The notes below the pieces were generated by a model that saw only the letters and a program-made list of their open reading frames with translations, made no database searches and was not told the origin of the DNA. A stretch of 64,000 nucleotides of DNA, taken from the NCBI GenBank assembly GCA_002633005.1, contig NMRA01000384.1, forward strand, positions 225,504-289,503, written 5' to 3'. This document shows positions 1 to 13,079 of the stretch, piece by piece. The translations under genes and the position numbers were made by a program. Positions within the stretch are counted from its first letter, which is position 1. Each line of letters opens with the position of its first letter. This DNA comes from Phoronis australis (Eukaryota > Animalia > Phoronida).

Positions 1-2601
1 GGGAACCAACACACAGCTCAAACTTCAAAAGGCTTGATGAACTTTCACTGTTGTCTTTTGCAGCTGTCAGGATTCTCTGAAATAGCAGTCGTGGATCCAC
101 TTGTGTAAAATTACTATTAGCAGCATGAATTCAACAATGCTGCGGATGTCTTTGTCGTCACGCGACTGTCTTGCCTGGGTACATTCTTTATGCTGCTGAC
201 TTGTTTCACAACTTAAGTTTGTCACAGTCTGCATGGCAACATTTATACTTGAGCATGCCGGCAAGGAAAGCAGCCACAGTGCACTCTGTGTATCTCCCAT
301 TTCGAAACCTCAAGTTAAACCTCCTGTTGTTTTAATGCTTTTCATGAGCATTTGTTCAATTACAAAGTCTTATCTCATTATGACAAGCCTGACCAGAATC
401 TGTCACTTTGTCTTATGGTTTGTTGGCCGTAGACGTCTGGGCGGGTGTCTTTGAGTTGCTACGTCTGCTTCAGTCAAGTATATGTATGAAGATTTTGCAT
501 AAGAGTTGTGACCAGCAGCAGCAAAGTAAAGTAGCATTTCAAAAACTACTTTTAGGTGAAGCTCCCAATCTGACGTTATTTCTGCTTTTGAAAAAGTCGA
601 AGGATGTCAATCATCTTAATATACTGTAGTCAAAGACTAATGATTGGACTTCGCATAGACAAGTCTGATTTATGTGCTTTGATTTTTTATGGATACCCAC
701 AAGACACTCCGACGAGCATACATCGTCGCACACAGACGTCATGCCAGCAATAAGATCATCATACCGCTTCAGACCATGCAGCTCTCAAATCATCATGAAG
801 AATATCATTGGCCATTGATTCTTCTGACGAACTATTCTCTGTCACTGTGTATTCTGAAGACCTATACTCTGATTCAGTCGTTTTTGAATATACCAATGGC
901 AGTAGGTCGGAAACCAGAAGTGAACTCTCGTGAGGGCATTCCACTGTAATCCAAGGTTCAGAATCAGAAGACACTGGCTGGACATGGCATGCCCCAGAGT
1001 ATACATCTAGTTATGTGATCAGTTGGGATGTCTGGGATGTCTGAAGTATCTGCCTCCATATTCTGACGAGCCAAAATTTGTGTACAAGCATTGAACTGCT
1101 CCACCTCTTGGCATGTAATCTGTGAGTCCTGTATTGGTGATATTCCGGACTCCTGGAATTTCTGAAGAACCTGAATTTATTTCTTCATTGGTTTTGGATT
1201 GGCGTTACTTGATCTGTCAATATTTGGAAGTGGGATGTTGAATGTTCTGGCTTTTATGATAGCATTCAGTGCTGAGTCTACCAACATAGGCCCCCTCATT
1301 GCTCTATCCACACTTTTTCCATTTAACATAAGGATCACACTGTTTGATGCATACACCGTCTCAAGAACTCCTTGAAGCCCTGTGCTTGACATTACGTATC
1401 CAATACATTCCAGAAAGCTCATCTCAGTATGAAATCTTCCAAGCCTGGCTAAGAACAAGTGACTGCAGATCACTATCGTTTTGTTTGCACGCACTAATTT
1501 CCTATAAAATCAGTTGAATATGTTCATAAAAAGCATGCATATTAACCAAATTGTGGGTCCTAACTATTAAAATTTAATTAACAACTTTTTGTTACACTAT
1601 CCTGTTTGCTTTTCATCAAATTCAGGTGAAACCAGCAGCCAATTCTCAATACATGCCAGCAGCAGACGAAATCAATGCTTGGGAACAACTAATAATATCT
1701 CCAATAGCAGAGAAAGAAGCCACTTCCTGCCCAATTTTATTAAGGGTTTGTATAATGAATAAGCCAATAACTCCACCAGAATAACATATTTTTCTAACAA
1801 ATATTATTTTTGATACCTCAAATGAATATATGTTACAGAAAAATAATTGAGTTTGTGAAATTTATAATGAAAATTTAACTAAAGCCTTTTCTGAAAAACA
1901 CTCCAATTTTTATGTTATGTAATCTAAAATGTGATTAAAATTCCACATTTAGTGTATAAATCTTAAATCAAATTATAGAAACAATCAAGTCATTAACCCT
2001 GACTGTAGATTGTAAGAAGTTTTTGTGTAAATGCTTATCAGGTTACAAATAAAGTTTGCAGAACGTAAAAGCGGTAAATTGGGGTTTGTGAATTGGCAGC
2101 CATTTTGGCGGCCATTTTGTCAGCCATCTTGATTTTTTTCTCGCAAACCAGTGTCCAATTGTAAGTTCCAGATATTTTAAATTGTCTAACTTGTAAAAGA
2201 ATAAAACTTTTGCCATTTTCAGGGCAAAATATAAAAAGAAATCTTGCAACATGTACCAAATTGCCCTTTCGGCCGCCATTTTGTCGGCCATATTGGTTTT
2301 ATTTTACGGAAAATTGGCATCTTTTGAATGGTATGCCTGTTATGAAAAGTATATAATCAATGACAAACTTTATTGTTTTATTTTTAGCTGTTTCATAAGA
2401 GTAATATGCCAGAAAACAGTAATCACCGTTTTTGTCGGCCATTTTTTCCGCCATCTTGAAAAACCGACTTCCGCCACTTCGATTTCGGTAGATTTTTTTT
2501 CTGACACCAAGGGAGGTTTGAAGATGCCATTTATGCAAAAAAACCTTCTGTTGCAATTTTTTCTAGGTTGGGCCCTCTGGAGCCCTAGAATGACTGGACT
2601 A
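1..2601 (-). mobile_element. Degenerate Academ-type DNA transposon (frameshifted transposase relic plus one terminus)
   Basis: Minus-strand fragments RLGRFHTEMSFLECIGYVMSSTGLQGVLETVYASNSVILMLNGKSVDRAMRG (1177-1494) and WLLSLPACSSINVAMQ...TSQQHKECTQARQSRD (67-300) resemble invertebrate Academ transposases as I recall them. Stops and frameshifts lie between the fragments. There are subterminal GCCATTTT repeats at 2098-2460 and a terminus ...GAATGACTGGACTA at 2601 (TAG...CTA-type end). Confidence 0.6.
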
Positions 2602-4899
2602 TACATGTAAGTTGTCTGGGGCTTAGAGAATCAGAGCAGTAACCAGTGTAAGCGAGAAATTCTCCACTTGATTTCAGTTCATTGTTGTTAAATAGGTTAA
2701 TTTTGTTGGATCCAACGTGTAGAGAGCTTTGTGCATGACCGAGGAAAAATTTTCTTGCGTAATGTTTCGGTCCAGATGCCATTCTCAAACTGCTATTGCC
2801 TTGTAGGTGAAGGTGGTCAGTATAATCCATACTCAGTATAGTTGGAACCCCCGTCCCTATTCACATCAGCAGGCTGTTATTTATTCAAACGGCTTCTTAT
2901 GTTCTTGGTTTTATCATTAGCTTCAGTGTCGCCAATCCATATACTGTCCTTATCAATGACGCCCCATGGGAGACGACTTGTTTACCTTGACGTGCGACCA
3001 TATGCGCTCCACTCCAGTTACTCTCCGCTGCCACACTCCCTCCACGCCTATTCTCTTGTCTCACCTAGAGTTTATCACAGTTGTGCCAAGAAATTTTGTA
3101 TACACACTGCTATTCGGCTGTACTAATGGTTCCATTTTCTAATTCCCTGTGACCTAGGCTACTATTGTTTACTTTACAGTGATACATCGGTACATGCAGT
3201 AAACTGACCTGGACTTTTTAGGCAATGACTGCGCTACTTAAATTGATTCATCGTCGAGACATTTTATTTCTCTTCTATTCGGATAATGCGAAGACTTACT
3301 TCCGTGGCGAGTAGGGTGAAGTCCTATTTTGTTGTAAATAATATTACTCAGTGGAGGTTTATTGCCCCCACGTTACCCGTATCCGTATTGCGTTGGAGAT
3401 CGAAGCTTCTGCTAATTCTAAACCCTTGACATTTGTGTGTGATAGTACAGGCTTTACTATCTCATTGGCAGTCTCATTTCTTATCTGCCTCAATGCTGGA
3501 TTTCGGTCTGATGTTTGTTTTTCACGGACTAGCGATTTTTGCATAGGGAAATACATGCAGTCTCATTTAGATAATTTCTGACGTAGGGACCGGGAGTGAC
3601 AATTATCTAAGTTTGTCATCAGCAGGTATTTTCTGATCACGTCAACCGAAGAAGGGGTTCAGTTGTCCAGGTGAGAAAAGACAACGCGAAGCGTAATTGT
3701 CTTGGCCATTAGCTGTCATGTTAGCTCGTACATATACAGTTAGAGCCATTTATAGAATAATGAGACTTTTTACTTCAATTTCTCTGTCATTTGTAGAATA
3801 ATGAGACTTTACTTTGATTTCCCTGACTCATTGTCTGTCACCACTACTAGATAAAAGAATTATTCAGCTAACACAATTCCTGGGAATGCACCAAAGTGGA
3901 TCTAGCGGTTCAAAGTATTTTTCCTCTCCCTAAGCCGATTAAATTGTACAAAGTATCATTAGCACTTGCTGTTTTATCTTGATTTCTAAACCAGCATTTG
4001 TTTCATTTCTGTTTTTAGTCGTTGACATGTGATACATATTGTTCCGCCAAATGAACATATATAGAGCGAAATAAAGTATATATGTTCATTTCACTCATTG
4101 CCTGATAATGTGACATGAAGTCACGAAATATAGCTACTGTTTTTGTTTGGCTGTTTGTTTGCTATGTCTCACTGTTCTTACTTCATACCTGCACATCAGA
4201 AGAAAAGAGACTGTTCCGAAATTACGAACGTACCAGTATCAAGCTTGCTAACTAAAAGTCTAGTCGTGTCTTTAATGAAGTTTGTATACCCACAAACAGT
4301 AATGTTGCTGCACTGGGCTTGTAAAAGCAACAATAATGGTCCAATATTGGCACTGTACTGGCCACCACTGCACTTTCGCCAATATAATTAGTATACTGTC
4401 TTAATATGAGCCCATCAACACAGTTTGTAAATACTGTGCATTGCTGTGTAGCAACTGAGAAATTGGCCACGATTTCAGGTAGCCCTCAAACAAGCCAGAG
4501 TTGCAAAAAATCTAGTTGGTTGACAGTACTTTTGGACCACATCGGTAGGAACTTTGCTTTCGGAATCTAATGTTGGCTTTAATCGAGCATCGGCAGGAAA
4601 GTGGTGATTTTGTGGTGAAAAGTGCCGATTTTGCATTTTTTGCCCCTATTTTTCTTAGTCTAGCTTGGTTTTTAGTGGGAGTGAAAAAGTCAAAAATACA
4701 AAAGAGAATAAAGTTTCTGTGGTCATCTGTAGGGATTGTGATGTGAAATGACTCAAAACTTTTCTTTATTTGCATGCAGTTTTTGACTGAATGAAGAAAG
4801 GGTGACGAGTCCATAGACATGTGTTCTGATAGGCAAAACCCCTGTGAGAACTATTCTGTGCCTCCTTATTGATGACGAGACCTTCCGTGTCCAATCCGC

Positions 4900-5074
4900 A
4901 ATTGACCTATCACAAGCTCCACCCCCTTAATGTCGACTAACAAACAATAAGTTTCACCCGGCAACGTGTTGTTTGTCGGGTAAAATGGCGGCTTGGAAAC
5001 GAAGGTGTGTCAGTAATGATGCTTTCTAAATGGTCAGTTAAGCCTTCACTCAAAATCCTGGCGATAGGTCAATT
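4900..5074. mobile_element. MITE, copy 1 (TIR AATTGACCTATC...GATAGGTCAATT)
   Basis: Terminal inverted repeats are visible, and a diverged copy lies in the opposite orientation at 60865-61043. Confidence 0.7.
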
Positions 5075-5913
5075 TCCGTGGGGCACAATGACTGTATGTA
5101 TCGGATTTTTGGGAAGATTTTTGTGCTTTGATCGCGAATTTGTTGCGAACTCACTGGAGTAGGACACCGTATAATTTGCTATCAGAAGAAAGAACAATTA
5201 CTCGTGATTTGTTCGATCTCTGTTTATCGAGATGCTGCTTTGTGTACATTTACTGAGTTTTGTGTTTGGTATGGACGGTTGAAGTGAAGTACCCTTGGAA
5301 TGGTTATGTTTACAATCCGACTCCATTAACGTACATACTTGATATTAATATTTTCTGAGTCCTCTCGCCATGGTGACCATGATAATTTCAAAAATGTATT
5401 ACTCGTACCTCTTAGGTTCTTCTTATTTATGCATTCACTGATCTCCATTATAAAACTGCGACACCTCTCGACAGGAATGATAACTACAATGATCACGCGT
5501 GTGTCAGCAAAAGACCCCAAAATTGGCTAGTATATTAAAGATACTGCGTGACACATTAGGGAAACTCTGGATAAACAACAGTAATAGTCATTTATAAAGG
5601 ATTGCATCTTCAAGGCTGTAATAGTATTTTGGTTTGTACTGGAACTACACTTACCTTATATGGCACAATTAGTTAGAATGGTTGCCAAACAGTTCTATGG
5701 AATGTGACTCATTTGCATGTGGTCTTGTGTATTGCAAAAATATGTTGTTGTAGAGTAGTTAGTCAGTCCGCAATAAAGTAGCGTTCAAGTAAAGACGTCT
5801 TCTTCACTCCTCTCTCCACAAGACATTACATGGTGTCAGGAATTGGCGATTTTTTGTGCAGTTGTTGCTTACTGTTCTAAACAATGGCTGCTAAGCTAGA
5901 CTTGAGCCCGCCA

Positions 5914-6789
5914 NNNNNNNNNNNNNNNNNNNNNNNNNNNNNNNNNNNNNNNNNNNNNNNNNNNNNNNNNNNNNNNNNNNNNNNNNNNNNNNNNNNNNNN
6001 NNNNNNNNNNNNNNNNNNNNNNNNNNNNNNNNNNNNNNNNNNNNNNNNNNNNNNNNNNNNNNNNNNNNNNNNNNNNNNNNNNNNNNNNNNNNNNNNNNNN
6101 NNNNNNNNNNNNNNNNNNNNNNNNNNNNNNNNNNNNNNNNNNNNNNNNNNNNNNNNNNNNNNNNNNNNNNNNNNNNNNNNNNNNNNNNNNNNNNNNNNNN
6201 NNNNNNNNNNNNNNNNNNNNNNNNNNNNNNNNNNNNNNNNNNNNNNNNNNNNNNNNNNNNNNNNNNNNNNNNNNNNNNNNNNNNNNNNNNNNNNNNNNNN
6301 NNNNNNNNNNNNNNNNNNNNNNNNNNNNNNNNNNNNNNNNNNNNNNNNNNNNNNNNNNNNNNNNNNNNNNNNNNNNNNNNNNNNNNNNNNNNNNNNNNNN
6401 NNNNNNNNNNNNNNNNNNNNNNNNNNNNNNNNNNNNNNNNNNNNNNNNNNNNNNNNNNNNNNNNNNNNNNNNNNNNNNNNNNNNNNNNNNNNNNNNNNNN
6501 NNNNNNNNNNNNNNNNNNNNNNNNNNNNNNNNNNNNNNNNNNNNNNNNNNNNNNNNNNNNNNNNNNNNNNNNNNNNNNNNNNNNNNNNNNNNNNNNNNNN
6601 NNNNNNNNNNNNNNNNNNNNNNNNNNNNNNNNNNNNNNNNNNNNNNNNNNNNNNNNNNNNNNNNNNNNNNNNNNNNNNNNNNNNNNNNNNNNNNNNNNNN
6701 NNNNNNNNNNNNNNNNNNNNNNNNNNNNNNNNNNNNNNNNNNNNNNNNNNNNNNNNNNNNNNNNNNNNNNNNNNNNNNNNNNNNNNNNN
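5914..6789. other. Assembly gap (N run)
   Basis: Run of N. The long ORFs spanning it are artefacts. Confidence 0.99.
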
Positions 6790-6951
6790 CAGTGGCGGAT
6801 CCAGGATTTTGAGTTGGGGGAGGGGGGTCAAGGCAGAGTATTAGCCAGGATTTTGCCCGTCAGACATTCGCACCCACGAACTGCCAAATTGAATCTGAGA
6901 GAATGTTAGGTTGGACATGGCCCCCTTGGCGACCCTCTAAATCTGCCATTG
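6790..6951. mobile_element. Short non-autonomous element with CAGTGGCGGAT-type TIRs (hAT-like MITE)
   Basis: CAGTGGCGGATCC...ATCTGCCATTG ends. A related copy is at about 19794-19910 and similar ends occur at 55935-56669. Confidence 0.6.
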
Positions 6952-7575
6952 GTAAACAACCGTACAATGCGGCACAATTAGTTAAAATAGCTCAAATCTT
7001 TACTGGGAAGTTGTGAAAAACACACTTATTGACAATCTAAACTGAAGCGATAGGAGATGAAAACATTATTGTTTAATGGCAATGATTACTCAGCGAGGTT
7101 CTTTGATTGAACTTTTGCTTTGATCTCACATTGAGTTAATGTTGTAATGCAACTCAGGTTTAAATTTAATTAGATTTATATAAATTATTAAGGTAATGCA
7201 AGACCTTAATAAGGAATGTTAATTCAAAGTCAATTACAGAAAAAACTATTATTTGTCAACTAGTAAAATACATAGAATATATTTTCTGAAAGACGTAAGA
7301 TCAGGTATTATTAAAGTACACTTTATACTTATGTGCCATTGTTAATATAACATGGACACCTTTTAAGTCAAATTTTCATTTTTAGCAAAGGTATATTCTT
7401 AGCACAATTACCCGTAATCGATTTTATAAAGAAACCTTTAATGACAACTTGCTAATATCTCTCAAAACGCAGCTAAGGATTTTCGATTACTTATTTTATA
7501 GTTTTGTTTCTACATCAAATTAACTCTCAAAACCTAAGAAATGTTTATAAGAAAACACCGGTTATTTTCGTTTTG

Positions 7576-7617
7576 GGCACAGTACAATAAGGCTAGGCAC
7601 AGTACAATAAGGCTAGG
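7576..7617. repeat. Tandem 20-bp duplication (GGCACAGTACAATAAGGCTA x2)
   Basis: Seen directly in the sequence. Confidence 0.85.
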
Positions 7618-10600
7618 CGTTTAAAAACAGCGTTTTCGAGACTGGTTAATGAATATTAAAATTGGAACGTTTCAGTGAAATCTACACAGCCGTTTTCGAG
7701 AACTCGTGTTCCTAAGTTCAACTTAAGTCGATGATTTGCTGAAGCCGAGCAAAAGTCGAAAACATCGCAAATCGTCAGTCTCAAGATTTTCGCTTGATTG
7801 TTCTGTGAAAACTTGTACATTTTGCTAAACTACTTGTATATGTCTTAACCACGTTCACTATTTCAGCATTCACACTCAATGTCAACTGAAATTATAGTGC
7901 GTAGTTAACTTAATAAGTCGGAGTTCAATGCCCCATGTCAAACTAGGTCCGAGTCCGAGTCGACGTTAAATAGGCCAACAATACATGGTGGTACACAACT
8001 TTTGAACCCCTACCAGGGGAGACAACTGCACCATTAAATCAGCTTCGACTATAAGTGAGCACTAGACAGAAACAGCGAAACGTCAAGTTACCAATGAATT
8101 TAATGAAATTGGATGAGGATTGAACTTTTTTCACAACTTGCTGTGTTCCCGAAAACAAGGTGCAAGACGCAGTGCGGCGAATCGGCGCATTCGTCACAGG
8201 TTATCAACGGTCCTATTTACGCAGACGCACAACTCTGTCCAAATCAAAACTGTGTTTCGGCTTCGTGCTCCTCGTTGCCTCTAGTGTCAGTGAATGGAAG
8301 GAAGTGTGAATTGTGGGAACATATGGAACTGCTCATGCCTGGCGGTACCTTTGATTTGAGTGACAGCTCTGTTAGCTTTGAACTTCAATAAGTTGTATAC
8401 AAATTTCTCAGCGGTTGAGATAGGTCCAGGAAATCTTTTTTTTTAATAAACAGGCAAGATATCGATTTTAAAGTTAACTAGAAATGAAAAAAATATCGTC
8501 ACACGTACTTAATATTGTAAAAAATTAAAAGCTTAAAAGTAACGTCCTACATGTCCTCTCCGCTCTACTGGTTTTTGACATGTGCTGTACTTTGAACTGA
8601 AAATTGTTTTAAATTTGAATCGAATTTCCTTATCAACGTTACTTAACTTTCTAAATTGCTTCATAAATGACTTGAATATGGCAGTGCTCTATTGTATTAG
8701 TTTACATATGTGCACTTGGGTACGTTATTTCTGGAACTGGTTGCTTGTGCGGCTTAAAAATCACTATACTATAAGTGATATTCAAGTTGATTTAAGCGAG
8801 AGTCAAGCCCGAGATTAAAACTGTTTTCAAGACGAACATTTACACGTATCTTCTGAGTACTAAGCGGTAGTATCTGTTTATATTTCGTTGCAGAATTTAA
8901 TGCTTTATTCCACTGTACCATAGCAACTTTTATAAATTTAGTAACATACGGAACAAATTGTCTTTTGCTACTTGTACTGCCGGCAGAAGGTTGAGCAGAC
9001 GATCAGAACAAGGCGCTGTGTTAAAGAAGAAAATTACTTGGGATGATTTCATTGAATTGTAATAAAACGATATCATAATACGAAACCTGTATGACTATTA
9101 ATGACTTTTTTGCTCATATTATGGACAAAGTGCAACACGGTTAGGACCTGGGGGCTTGGGACTCTATGAAAGGTTTCAGGTCGGAAATGGAAGAAGTACC
9201 AGTCGATACAATTTTTGGGATGATCCTTGTACGCTATTTTCGATTTGTGCCGACATTCGTAACACAACATGCACGGGCATGGACACGGCCATTTTGCTTT
9301 TCAACACCACCAGGTGGGAGATGAGTGCTAATAACGCTAATGTCCCTTAAGGTTGTTCTTGGGTGTTCCAAAGAATCAACATTTTTCTAGCACAAACCAA
9401 CCAACCTACATGCAAATATATTATTGATTTCTGGACTTTTGGCACGAACTCTGCATGCGTGGCAAACGCGCACAGACGACTTACTTACATTGCTCCAAGC
9501 TACACGTCTACATGTATCCACTTGCAACCTAGCTAGAGTTACTATATTTATTGCAATCTGCAAGCGAAGTTCGAAGTTTTACGTGATTGCTTGGACCACA
9601 GAAGACACAAACTTGCTAGATCCAGCGTAGTACCGAAAACAGAGCTTGGGTCGCGAGAGTGACTCACCGGGATTCTTAAGAAGAAATGGGCACAGGTATG
9701 CCTCGATCCGTGATATGAAAAGTAGAGCCATTTCAATATCAACAAATTGTGAAAATGACACAAAGTATCTTATTTCGATACCAATATCGGCAAAAACCCT
9801 ACCCCTTTAAATGGCACGAGAGCAATCAGCCATATTATGGGAGAATCCCCGGGAATGAATGATGAACATGCGCTTTTTGAAACATCGTTGGACAGTAGTT
9901 CTAACTTGAACCAGGCACCAGGTGGTGAGACGCTCTCGTCCAATAGTCGGCTACCCTAGATCTGCTAAACAACATTTTTTTGGAAATCGACATTTTGTGA
10001 GTCCGCTCACAAACTGTGCGGAGAAAAAGCAGTCTACGATGAGGGAATTCGAAGAAACGAAGCTCAGTTATAAAAATAGTTATTTGGCATTGCTTTTGGT
10101 GTCTCATATTACAAGATAATGACATGTAATTTTGTTCTGATTATACCGCATAGGGAGATAACGGAATACGGTGTTGTCAAAATAGTTTTAGCAGCTAAGT
10201 TGTGACCGTATAATCAGGGATATCAACGAGCGCAAGTTCCTGTGGACAAACATATCTGATAGACCGTTAAACTGTCCATTGTAAGTTTTAATAATATAAA
10301 GACCAAGCCGTGCTAAAAAGAAAATTTTCACCAGAATAGCCTATAGCACTAATGATATCCCGGACAGCACTTCTAAACTCAGTGTTTTCTTTAATGGGGA
10401 GTGGGGGGGGGGCAAAGCGTAAGTGCATTTCCTCCACCGGTCGGGCGGCCACCAGTTCCCGATCGTCTCCAATTCATCAACAGACGACACCAATTTGGAC
10501 GTTCTCCGCTCGCCAATTTCACCCTACCAGTCGACACAAGCCCACCCACGGCGCAACTTCGACTTGAGGCATTGCTAAGATCTGTGCGGTTTCAGGGTGT

Positions 10601-12740
10601 GCATTTCCATTTTAGAGCGATGTTTTTAACTCAGAACGTTGACGATTAAAGATAATCTTGAAAAGGCCATAATGCTATATTTCTCCAATACACTCTGTTG
10701 ATCAACACCAGTTCTCAGCGGACACCCATACTAATGAGCTCATAAAAAGACGTCAGTTGCAGTGACATGTTTACATAAGAGGGAGTGATGCAACCTTATA
10801 CATGTACATGTAGCTGAGGACGACCAGAAGGGGATTTATTGTAGAAGTTGCTGTGCTGCCAACAGAGGTTCCACCGTGCACAAAATGATCGCGATTGCAT
10901 TGGTTTTGTAAAACCAGTGGTTGCAATTGATTGTCTTCGCCAGTTCATTCGACAAACAGGCTTTAGTTTTTGATGACTTGAGTTTTGGCATTTACCAATA
11001 AATCTCGCTGTATTTACCCACAATGCCGCGAATATCCGTCAGACACATTTGTTGCTTCGTTTACGTGCCATTGAATTTTCAAATGTCATTTGTTTTTGTC
11101 TGATTCTTTATCAGTTTTTCTCGGCTGCATTGCTATATTCGTCCAACGAAGTATTACTGCTGTGCTGCGGACTGCAACTCCGACGTGAGAAAGTTTGATA
11201 AACGGGAAAAATACCCGTGAATGTGTGATGTGAAACTCATCAGTCGCCTTCCCGACATCAATTAGAGACACGAAAATGTGCCTGATTTCCAAAACGAGGT
11301 CACGACCTTTTTTATCTCAGGAACAAAGGAGGGTTCTATCGCTGTGTAATCCGGGACGGCACTATGATTTGGGACTTGTTTCTCGAAATGTCTATTGCCA
11401 AAATTTGATTTTTGTCTTTTGCCTTTGGATTTAAGTCTACTCCGAAGCAAACTACGGATTTCCGTGTTTTGTCCTCGAGTTGTATGTAGCCTCAGTAATT
11501 TTGTGAAACTGTAGTCAAGAGACTCTTTGTGAAACACGTCCCAGTTGTCTCAGCCAGTTGACCAGGCTGGTAATGCAAATGCAATCACGTGGAACCATTA
11601 CTGTTTTTCAATCTCCCGGATGTTAGGTGAGTGCTTTTCTGTGATAAAAGTGGTTTTACTGTTATTAAAATTTATTGAAAATATATGATGCGTCAATGTG
11701 TTTAGGATGTGCATTGAACCCGCAATACTGCTATGGTGTTTCAGTTGTCACAGCGCTCTGCACCATTAAGCCGCAGGGTGAGAGGCCTGACTAGGGCGTG
11801 ACGAGCATAATGTTTGCGTTGAAAGATACACTGCTTGAAAAACTTGATGACGATACTGAAGTGTTGTACGCAATCACTCCATTGCAGGCAGTAAACCATT
11901 TACTATAATGTCTACGATCCACGGATGTCTCACTTGATAGTTACAGGTGGAATCCAACGTCACTGTAGCTCCTTGTCCATTTACAGTGTGATGCGATCGA
12001 CCGTTGGGTACGCGCCCGTCCCAGACTTCCAAAAAATCCGTTACCATAATAGCTCTGCCTTTTGAAAGTATAAACTTTGGGGAAGGCGCTGAGAGTAAAT
12101 ACAAACTTTTGGCTTTCCTATGTGCATATTGGAAATCACAAACATTAGGCGAATATGACGAATTTGAAAACCCACCGAGTGGACGTAGCCACCCTGGTTT
12201 CTTTGACCTCGCGCACATATCAGCTTCACCAATTTTTCTAATGTGAAAGTGGAGACAGCATCATAATGACCGTGGACGTCCTGGGTTTGGTTGTCTCTTG
12301 TTACAAATAAACCTTGCCTGACTTTACTGAGACATTGTTTCTGCATAGTTTTGTGTTACCGTTGGGTGAATTTGTCTATATTGTAAAAACACCCACAATT
12401 GGTTTTTGAAGCATCAAAATAAACCCCGAAATAGTAAACTTAAAACTTGTGTTAGCTTTCAAACAAAGTCCTTCAGCACACTGCCCACAAACACGTGACT
12501 CACAAACACGTGACTCACAAACAACGACATGACTCTTCTACCACCGCATCATTTGAGAACAGCCTTAAGTAACCTGTCTGGCGATGACTCATGTTTCATG
12601 CATACCTTTAGTTCCAATATTTCGCCTGATGAAAGATTCACGTTTCATCTTCTTTGGATTTCCTGCATTTCTTAGTTTTTACTGCATATCATTTAACAAG
12701 TTTCTTACTTGAAACTGTGTTCATGCCACTAAGGTGCCGC

Positions 12741-13079
12741 TTATTTGGGTTCGTTTCCAGGAAAAACTTCTTTACAAAGGACTGGATGCTTTGCTCTCAG
12801 GTCTTTGTAAATTTCTTCGATACGTACGCCTTGTTCAACTGTTTTGTCTGGAGGTATAGACATGGCCCCAGCATGCGGTGGGAGGTTTGGGAACTGAAAC
12901 GCGTGAAGAACTGCCACACAGGCATTCTGTCCTGCGTCGCCAACCATTCCTGGAGACCCAGAACTTCCTCCAACGAAATCCTTTCCAACATGATACAAAA
13001 CTCGTCTTGAATCCAGAAAATGCTTTGGATAGGCATTCACACGAAGAGTCTGCTGGGACCACTCACTAAGCGCCCGATA
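12741..13079 (-). CDS. Gene B terminal exon: protease C-terminal part with catalytic Ser
   Basis: TTTACAG| acceptor, phase 0; YRALSEW...VLYHVGKDFVGGSSGSPGM...AVLH...TVEQGVRIEEIYKDL...PK*. Confidence 0.9.
   Translation of the reverse strand, partial: YRALSEWSQQTLRVNAYPKHFLDSRRVLYHVGKDFVGGSSGSPGMVGDAGQNACVAVLHAFQFPNLPPHAGAMSIPPDKTVEQGVRIEEIYKDLRAKHPVLCKEVFPGNEPK

Noticed and set aside
2585-3581. Short minus-strand ORFs as a possible third gene
   Set aside because: I could not build a consistent splice chain or find a recognisable domain.
5884-6909. 341-aa and 311-aa ORFs; possible start MAAKLDLSPP
   Set aside because: Almost entirely N-gap. Ten residues are too few to call a gene.
11874-12346. 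Overlapping ORFs including SKGRAIMVTDFL (transposase-like word)
   Set aside because: This is a single short motif with no supporting flanking motifs or termini.
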